From positions 5,678 to 69,677 of the IMG/VR virus record IMGVR_UViG_3300031949_000024: a stretch of 64,000 nt of DNA; one strand, given 5' to 3'. A model generated the notes under the pieces. It did no database searches and was not told the DNA's origin. It saw nothing but the letters and a program-made list of their open reading frames with translations. Positions 57,377-64,000 of this stretch are shown here, piece after piece; within the stretch, counting starts at the first letter, position 1; every line of letters begins with the position of its first letter. Position numbers and translations under genes: made by a program. This DNA is from a virus. Taxonomy: Duplodnaviria; Caudoviricetes.

Positions 57377-58981
57377 TGACGACCCCGATTGCAGTGCAGG
57401 TCACCCGCTACCGCTGCCCGTTCTGCCCTCGGTCGCTGTCGTCCAAGACGCGCATGGTCGAGCACATCGGGAAGTGCTGGAACAACCCGGCCGCGCGCGG
57501 GTGCAAGACGTGCCGCCACTTCATGCCGGACGAGTCGGAGCCGGACGTCGGCTACGTCGAGCCTGAGCAATGCGCGGCCGACGTCGGCCTGTCCGGCGGA
57601 TGCGCAGTCTGCGGTTTGCCGCCTGAGCCCGGCCAGCACCACTGCCCGGATCCGAATCACTGGCTGGCCGAGATGACGATGCCCGGTCCGATCATCGGCT
57701 GCGACTTGTGGGAGGCGTCCGATGCGTAGCCACGACGGGTACGACCCGGAGTCCACCCTGACCCAGATGCGGCTGTCCCGGACCGAGAACCCGCTGTGTC
57801 GGGAGGCGGCTCCGGCGATAGACCGGGCAGTGGTCGAAGCGAAAGCACTGTGGCCGGATCCGGCCGAGCGGGAGACTGCCGGGTTCGGGGCGCTGGTTGC
57901 TGCGGCCACGATCGCCGCGGTGACGATCGACGGCGCGACGGCCATGACGGTCAACATGATCGGCTTGTTTGGTCAGGCGCTCGTCGATGACGCTCGGGCT
58001 GAGGTGGGCGCCCGATGACCATCTACCTGAAGGCTCCGGACGACTACAAGCCGGGCGGTCCGGACGGCCAAGGCTGGAACCGGCTCAGCCTCAACGGCCA
58101 CATGGGCAAGCCGTACGACCGCTGTGCCCTGCGTCCCCGAACCTATGCGGCGCTTGTCGAGTCACAGGACACGCGCCGGGCACAATGGGGCGCCTGCTTC
58201 GACATCTGCACCAACGGTGGCTCCTGCATGGACTGCCCACTCTTCTCAGCGCCGAGCACACGCGTGCCGTGGGACGGCATTGAGGGCCGGGTGTTGGTGC
58301 GGATCCAGGAACGCGGGGAACGCCCAGACCGTCTGCACGTCATGCAGGACGCCGAGGCGGGCTGGGACTCGCGGTCGCTGGTTCTGACTTGGGAGGCGGT
58401 CGCCCGCCTTGACGGATGGTCGATCGGCCGGCAGATGCGCGATGAGGTCTCGGCTGGCTTCTGGTTGGTGCGGGAGGTGGGTACCTGATGCCCCTTGCCG
58501 ACCCGTGGGAGAAGACTCCTCGCCTGCTGTCTGAGCTGTGCGAGGGTCACGGCCAGTTCATGTTGGAGGTGTACGCCCTGGACTACCCGTCCGGGAGTCG
58601 GACGTGGGTGTGCAAGTCGTGCTGGATTGATCTGTGGCACCGGTACGGGAAGCCTCCTCAGGGCGTGCGGGAGGTGGGCGCATGACCACACGGGCTCTCA
58701 CCGACGAGTCGGGCTACACCTGCGACTGGGGCGGCTGTAACGACGTGGCGGTGTTCGAACGCCGCAGCCCGGAGCACGGCTGGCTGCCCGTCTGCGATCG
58801 GCACAAGGGACCCAGGCCGCGCGGCCCGGCCACGACGCGGGGTGGCTGTCGGGACTGCGGCAAGGAGTACGCACTGACCGCTGATGGTCGGCTTCCTCTG
58901 CACCGCGATGGGTGGGTGACCTGCCCGGGTGCGCGCAAGCCACCTCGGTCTGACCAGGGTGTGCGGGAGGTGGGCGCCTAG
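57376..58981 (+). other. Five small Cys-rich or hypothetical genes (57376-57729, 57722-58018, 58015-58488, 58488-58685, 58682-58981)
   Basis: Coupled; three end in VREVG[TA]. Confidence 0.55.
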
Positions 58982-59769
58982 TGCGTATCCGTTCTACGAA
59001 GCCGGAGTTCTGGGCCGACGAAGACCTGGCCGACCTCGTCCGCGATGCCCGCCTGCTCTACATCGGACTGTGGAACCTGTCCGACGAGCACGGACGTCTG
59101 CGTGGCGACGCCCGGTACGTGAAGGGCCAGCTCTTCCCGTACGACGACGACCTCACGCCGGCCGCGATTGACGTCCTACTCAAGGTGCTCGACACGGCGG
59201 GCAAGGCGGTCCGGTACGAGGTCGACGGGAAGGCATTCATTCACCTGCCGAACCTCGGTCGGCACCAGCGGTTGGAGCCCGGCAAGGTTCCGTCGAAACT
59301 GCCCGCCCCACCGGTTATCGTGTCCGAGTCGTCCCAACCTGAACCCCCCGCGGACGAGTCAGCGCCGGATCTGAACGAGTCGGAGCCGGACGCAAACTCG
59401 AATGCGCTTCTTTATGGAGCATGGAGCATGGAGCAGGGGACGCGTGCGGGCGCGCGAACCGACCCATCCGCGCCCGACCCGCCGATCCCAGAGCCCCCCA
59501 CAAAATGTGATCAACACCTGAAAACCCGGAACCCGCCCAAGTGCGGGGCCTGCGGCGACGCCCGCAAGGCCCACGGCCGGTGGCTCGCTGACCGAGCGGC
59601 CCGGTTCGCCTCGGCGCCGAAGTGCCCGGCCCACCAAGGCCAGCCGGCCGGCAACTGCGGCGGTTGTCGTGCTGACGAACTCGCCCCGGCGTACCCCCCG
59701 AAACCCTCGAAGCTAGGAGAGCCGCATGACCCGCCCAACCCTGAGCGACCTCTTCGGCGAGGGCTGTGA
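58981..59769 (+). CDS. Replication initiator / replisome organiser-like protein
   Basis: RIRSTKPEFW.DE.L...ARLLYIGLWN.SD..GR wHTH N-terminus; C-terminal Cys-rich motifs. Confidence 0.8.
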   Translation: MRIRSTKPEFWADEDLADLVRDARLLYIGLWNLSDEHGRLRGDARYVKGQLFPYDDDLTPAAIDVLLKVLDTAGKAVRYEVDGKAFIHLPNLGRHQRLEPGKVPSKLPAPPVIVSESSQPEPPADESAPDLNESEPDANSNALLYGAWSMEQGTRAGARTDPSAPDPPIPEPPTKCDQHLKTRNPPKCGACGDARKAHGRWLADRAARFASAPKCPAHQGQPAGNCGGCRADELAPAYPPKPSKLGEPHDPPNPERPLRRGL

Positions 59770-60850
59770 CTGCCTCAGCGGCCCGCTCCAGCAGGCGCTC
59801 GCCGACGGCTACGTCCGCACCCAGACCCACCCCGACCTGCCGCTGACGATCTACAACTACACCGAGAAGGCCGCCTACGAAGCGGCCTGGACACCGGTCA
59901 CACTCGCCTGCCGCGGACTCATCGTCAACGCCGCCGGATCGATCCTGGCCCGTCCGTTCCGGAAGTTCTTCAACTACGGCCAGACCGGCGCGCCCACCTT
60001 CGACCTGACCGGCAAGGCCGTCGTCACCGACAAGCTCGACGGATCACTCGGCATCCTGTACCCGACGCCCGACGGGCACGCGATCGCCACCCGGGGCTCG
60101 TTCGCGTCCGAACAGGCCATCCGCGCCACCCGGATCTGGCGCGAGCGATACGCCCACCTGTACGGGCCGCCGTCGGACTTCACGCTGCTGTTCGAGATCG
60201 TGTACCCGGAGAACCGGATCGTCTGCGACTACGGCGACCTGGACGATCTGCTGCTCCTCGCCGCCGTCCACATCGAGTCCGGCCTGACCGCCGGCCCGAA
60301 CGCGATTGACTGGCCCGGGCCGCGAACGACGGTGTTCCCGTACGAAACCCTCGCTGAGGCGCTCGCGGTCGAGCCCCGACCCAACGCCGAAGGCCTCGTC
60401 GTGCACCTCCTCGACGTCGACGAGCGGATCAAGCTCAAGCAGGAGGACTACGTCAAACTGCACCGCATCGTCACCGGCCTCAATGCCCGGACGGTGTGGG
60501 AGCACCTGTGTTCCGGAGCGCCTCTGGCCGACCTGATCGAGCCGCTGCCGGACGAGTTCCACCCGTGGGTCCTCAGCATCGTCGACGGCATCGGAGCAGG
60601 CGTGGCGGCCGAACTGGAGCGGCTCGACGGTTGCTACCGGGCCACGGTCGCGCAGATGCCCGAGGAGTGGGACCCGGACACCCGCGACGGCCGCAAGGTC
60701 TACGCCGCCGTCGCGGCCGGCGACCCCGACAGCTGGGCTCTGTTCGCCCAACTCGATGGCCGACCGCTTCACGGCGAGCTACTCAAGCGGGCCAAGCCCG
60801 AGCCCTACATAACCCCGTCCGGCCGCATCTTCACCGAGGACAACGCATGA
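59726..60850 (+). CDS. RNA ligase (T4 Rnl1-like)
   Basis: CRGLI, RPFRKFFN, motif I KLDGSL, ATRGSF, FEIVYPENRIV, EGLVV, RIKLK. Confidence 0.92.
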   Translation: MTRPTLSDLFGEGCDCLSGPLQQALADGYVRTQTHPDLPLTIYNYTEKAAYEAAWTPVTLACRGLIVNAAGSILARPFRKFFNYGQTGAPTFDLTGKAVVTDKLDGSLGILYPTPDGHAIATRGSFASEQAIRATRIWRERYAHLYGPPSDFTLLFEIVYPENRIVCDYGDLDDLLLLAAVHIESGLTAGPNAIDWPGPRTTVFPYETLAEALAVEPRPNAEGLVVHLLDVDERIKLKQEDYVKLHRIVTGLNARTVWEHLCSGAPLADLIEPLPDEFHPWVLSIVDGIGAGVAAELERLDGCYRATVAQMPEEWDPDTRDGRKVYAAVAAGDPDSWALFAQLDGRPLHGELLKRAKPEPYITPSGRIFTEDNA

Positions 60851-61785
60851 CCACGCTCATCATCACCCGCGGCCTGCCCGCATCCGGCAAGACCACGCTA
60901 GCCCGAGCGTGGGTGCAGGAGGACCCGCAGCGGCGTGCCCGGGTCAACCGGGACGACCTGCGTGCCATGGCCCACGACTCGGTGTTCGTCAGCCAGACCA
61001 CCACCGACCCGGGTACCGAGCGGTCGATTCAGTCGGTCCGCGACGCGGTCATCACCGCCCTGTTGAAGCGGGGTGTCAGTGTGGTGTGCGATGACACCGC
61101 CCTGCCGCAGCGGGTCGCGCGGGACCTGCGGCGGCTCGCCACCCTGACCGGCTCCGACTTCGAGGTGTGGGACCTGACCTTCGTGCCGCTGGAGGAGTGC
61201 CTCCGCCGCAACGCCGAACGGACCGGACGGGCGCTGGTGCCGGCGGACCGCATGCGCGAGATGTGGACCAAGTACGTCCGCCCGCTCAAGGGCGCACCGA
61301 TGCCGATGCCGGAGGAGCCGGACGACCCGGTTGGGCTGAAGCCGTACGTCCCGGTCCCGGGGACGCCCAAGGCCGTCATGGTCGACGTTGACGGCACGGT
61401 CGCGCTGATGGCGGGCCGGTCACCGTATGACGAGACCCGCGTCCACGAGGACCGGCCGAACCTGCCCGTCATCGCGACTATCCGAGGGATGGTCGCTGCC
61501 GGGTACCGAGTGGTCTTCTGCTCCGGCCGGACGGAAGCATGCCGGGACGCTACCGAGGCGTGGTTGGCCGAGCACATCTGGCACCGCAACGTGCTACTCA
61601 GCCCGCTGTTCATGCGCCCGGCCGGCGACATGCGCAAAGACTCGGTGGTCAAGGCCGAACTGTTCGACCGGCACATCCGCAGCGAGTGGGACGTCACCTG
61701 CGTGTTCGACGACCGGGACCAGGTCGTGCAGATGTGGCGGTCGCTGGGCCTGACCGTGTTCCAGGTCGCCGACGGCGCGTTCTGA
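60847..61785 (+). CDS. Polynucleotide 5'-kinase / 3'-phosphatase (T4 PseT-like)
   Basis: P-loop GLPASGKT, NRDDLR, HAD DVDGTV, SGR, MRPAGD.RKD..VK, FDDR. Confidence 0.93.
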   Translation: MTTLIITRGLPASGKTTLARAWVQEDPQRRARVNRDDLRAMAHDSVFVSQTTTDPGTERSIQSVRDAVITALLKRGVSVVCDDTALPQRVARDLRRLATLTGSDFEVWDLTFVPLEECLRRNAERTGRALVPADRMREMWTKYVRPLKGAPMPMPEEPDDPVGLKPYVPVPGTPKAVMVDVDGTVALMAGRSPYDETRVHEDRPNLPVIATIRGMVAAGYRVVFCSGRTEACRDATEAWLAEHIWHRNVLLSPLFMRPAGDMRKDSVVKAELFDRHIRSEWDVTCVFDDRDQVVQMWRSLGLTVFQVADGAF

Positions 61786-61818
61786 CCCCCTGTCTCACCT
61801 GATACCCGAGGAGAAAGA

Positions 61819-63853
61819 ATGATCAAGAACGCGAAGGTCAAGATGTCCATCAACGACCATGTCCGGCTCGACCTCCTGGACGCCGAGAACTTCCTACCCG
61901 CCGAGGATGCGCACGATCTCGCGGTCGACCTCCTCGAAGCCGCCTACCAGTCCCGTGCCCTCAAACTGGTCGACGAGGTCATGGCCAAGCACCGTGGCCG
62001 GTACGTCGAGGACCTGCTGGAGTACCGGGTTCTGGACGAGGCGTGGCGGGATCTGCGGTTGGCGCTCGGCTACGACGACTCACCAACCGGCGGTGCGCTG
62101 TGATCGTCTACGTTTCGATCGGCAACACCGACGACAGGCTCACGCAGGCCGAGTGGGCTGCGTTCGTCGCCGAGGTGGAGTTCGCGCTGCCGTCCGGTGG
62201 CTGGACGCAGCGCCATGGCCGGTGGCGTTCGCCGTCAGACGACCCGTGGCAGAACGCCTGCTGGTGCATAGAGATCAACGACCACGTGGCTCAGGACTCG
62301 ATCGCGGCCTGCAATCTGGGCCTCGCCGCAGTCGCGAGGAAGTTCCGGCAGGACTCGGTTGCGTGGGCCGAGGTCACCAAGACCGAGTTCATCGGCGCCA
62401 CGCCATGAGCGACTACTACACGTGGAGCCAGATTCAGCGCGCCCTGTTCGCCGACGGCTGGAGGCACAGCACCAAACGGATCGTCGACAGCCGCCGTGAC
62501 CTCGACGGGTCACGCATCGGCGAGGATGCGACCGTGCACACGTGGGCGCGTGAGGATGAGCGGCTCACGGTCTACTACGTGCCCGCGGATGCCGAGACGG
62601 ACGGCTACCTGACGTTCTGGCCGGAGAGCCTGAGCGAGGTCAGCGCGTCCATTCACGTGGCTATGGCCACACCGGAGCTGGTCGGCGCGCGGTTGGTCGA
62701 CCTCGGCGCGATCAGAGCCCAGCCGTTCATGGAGCCGGACGAGGGCAACGCCTTCGTCAAGGAGCTGCAGCGGCATCCGCACCGGAAGCACATCGTCACC
62801 GCCGCCGAGTCCATGTACGACCTCGACGGCGAGAACGGCACCGGGGCCGGCATGTGGTACTGGCTGTTCTTCGCCCGCGACGCCGTCAACGCCCTTGCCG
62901 ACATGGACGCCTTCGCGCCTGTTCCTTCGTCTCTGACCGGAGAAACCAAATGATCAACGAAGAACGCGCCGAAGAAAGCAACCTCGTCAAGCACGCCCGC
63001 CGCGAGCTCGAACGGTGCGGCCAGACCGCCGAGTCCCCGACCTACGCCGCGTCGATCGTCGCGGCCGTTGAAGCGTTCGCCTCCTACGGCCACTCCGGCG
63101 GTTCGGCCATGGTGGCGGTCGAGCAGCTGCACACCCTGCTGCAGTTCCGTACCCTGTCGCCACTCACCTCCGACCCCGACGAATGGGAGGACCGGTCAGG
63201 GATCTCGAACTACCCGATTTGGCAGAACCGGCGCGACTCGGCGGCGATGAGCGAAGACGGCGGGCAGACCTGGTACTTCGTCGATGACCGGGCCGAGGTG
63301 ACGTCGTGACCTCTCCCTCCCTCGTCGCGGTTGAGCCGATGTGCTGCGGCGAGCCGATGGTTCACAACAGCTGGACCAGCGAGCACGAGTGCGCCGTTGC
63401 CTACTTCGCGCTGGTGGACGAGGGAATCGGCGAAGGCGCGCTGGAGCGGGCAACCGCCGAGGACGTCGGGCCTGCCCTCGTTGAGGCGTTGGAGCATTGG
63501 CGTGCGTCGCGGATCCCGGACGGAACGGGGGATGCGTCGTGACCTCCCCCTCCACCCCCGCCGCCGTTCTGGCTCTGCCCATGCGGCCGAACGACGCCGA
63601 CGCGGCAACGGTCCGCGACTACCTCGTTGCTCTCCTCGCTGCGCTCTGGGAGGAGAGCGACAACTTCAGCGGCAAGCGCCCGTTCGGCAACTCGTCGTGG
63701 CCGTATGACCTGTATGAGACGCTCGGCAAGGCCGGGCTGGTCGAGGTGATCTGGGATGAGGACGGCTACATTCGGATGTTCGGCCCCGGTCAACAGCAGT
63801 TCGCGGACCGGCTCATCGCCGACGCGATCAAGCACCTCGGAGTCTCAACATGA
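61819..63853 (+). other. Small hypothetical genes (61819-62103, 62100-62408, 62405-62953, 62950-63309, 63306-63542, 63539-63853)
   Basis: RTGA coupling throughout. Confidence 0.6.
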
Positions 63854-64000
63854 CCTCTGTGATCAACTTCGATCTGCTGGCAGAACTGCGCGCCCGAGGC
63901 GAGCACCCGCACCAGCGTGGCGCACAGCCCGACGTCGAATACCCGAACGTCGGGGTGGCCGAGGTTCTCGACGAGGCCGTGGCCTGCCAGCACCTGCTCG
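63850..64000 (+). CDS. Hypothetical protein, truncated by the window end
   Basis: ATGA coupling; open to the end of the window. Confidence 0.4.
   Translation, partial: MTSVINFDLLAELRARGEHPHQRGAQPDVEYPNVGVAEVLDEAVACQHLL

Noticed and set aside
1-64000. rRNA, intact tRNA genes, IS/transposase, reverse transcriptase (DGR/retron), DNA polymerase
   Set aside because: No diagnostic motifs were seen by eye; a formal scan could still reveal weak hits.

Overview
The whole window is one GC-rich, temperate, siphovirus-like actinobacteriophage genome segment. A Micromonosporaceae/Streptomyces-type host is inferred from gene families; no host chromosomal genes are visible. Layout: (1) 1-6200, end of a rightward array of small early/middle genes; (2) 6225-18510, head module (TerL, portal, MuF, ClpP-type protease, HK97-fold capsid) interleaved with toxin-like effector and immunity cassettes; (3) 18603-34232, accessory virion, neck and tail genes with two inserted nuclease cassettes; (4) 34257-37010, lysis genes; (5) 37332-42241, a mostly leftward region with a structured-repeat operon, a tRNA-like element, GntR, tyrosine integrase and repressor; (6) 42370-64000, Cro and a long rightward arm (YqaJ/RecT, HNH, DUF5131-like, replication initiator, RNA ligase plus polynucleotide kinase/phosphatase). 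Two features stand out. First, the head module carries five effector ORFs (papain-fold, ADP-ribosyltransferase, tandem metallopeptidase, two poorly assigned). Each effector domain is preceded by one of two short shared peptide tags (YxRDxDGxFxSG or NHPGHxxQKSHGRKG), and putative immunity domains are fused to the front of the next head gene. Second, a leftward operon has genes separated by three conserved 18-nt-box plus hairpin elements and ends in a tRNA-like 3' module. All family assignments come from motif recognition by eye; no database searches were run.
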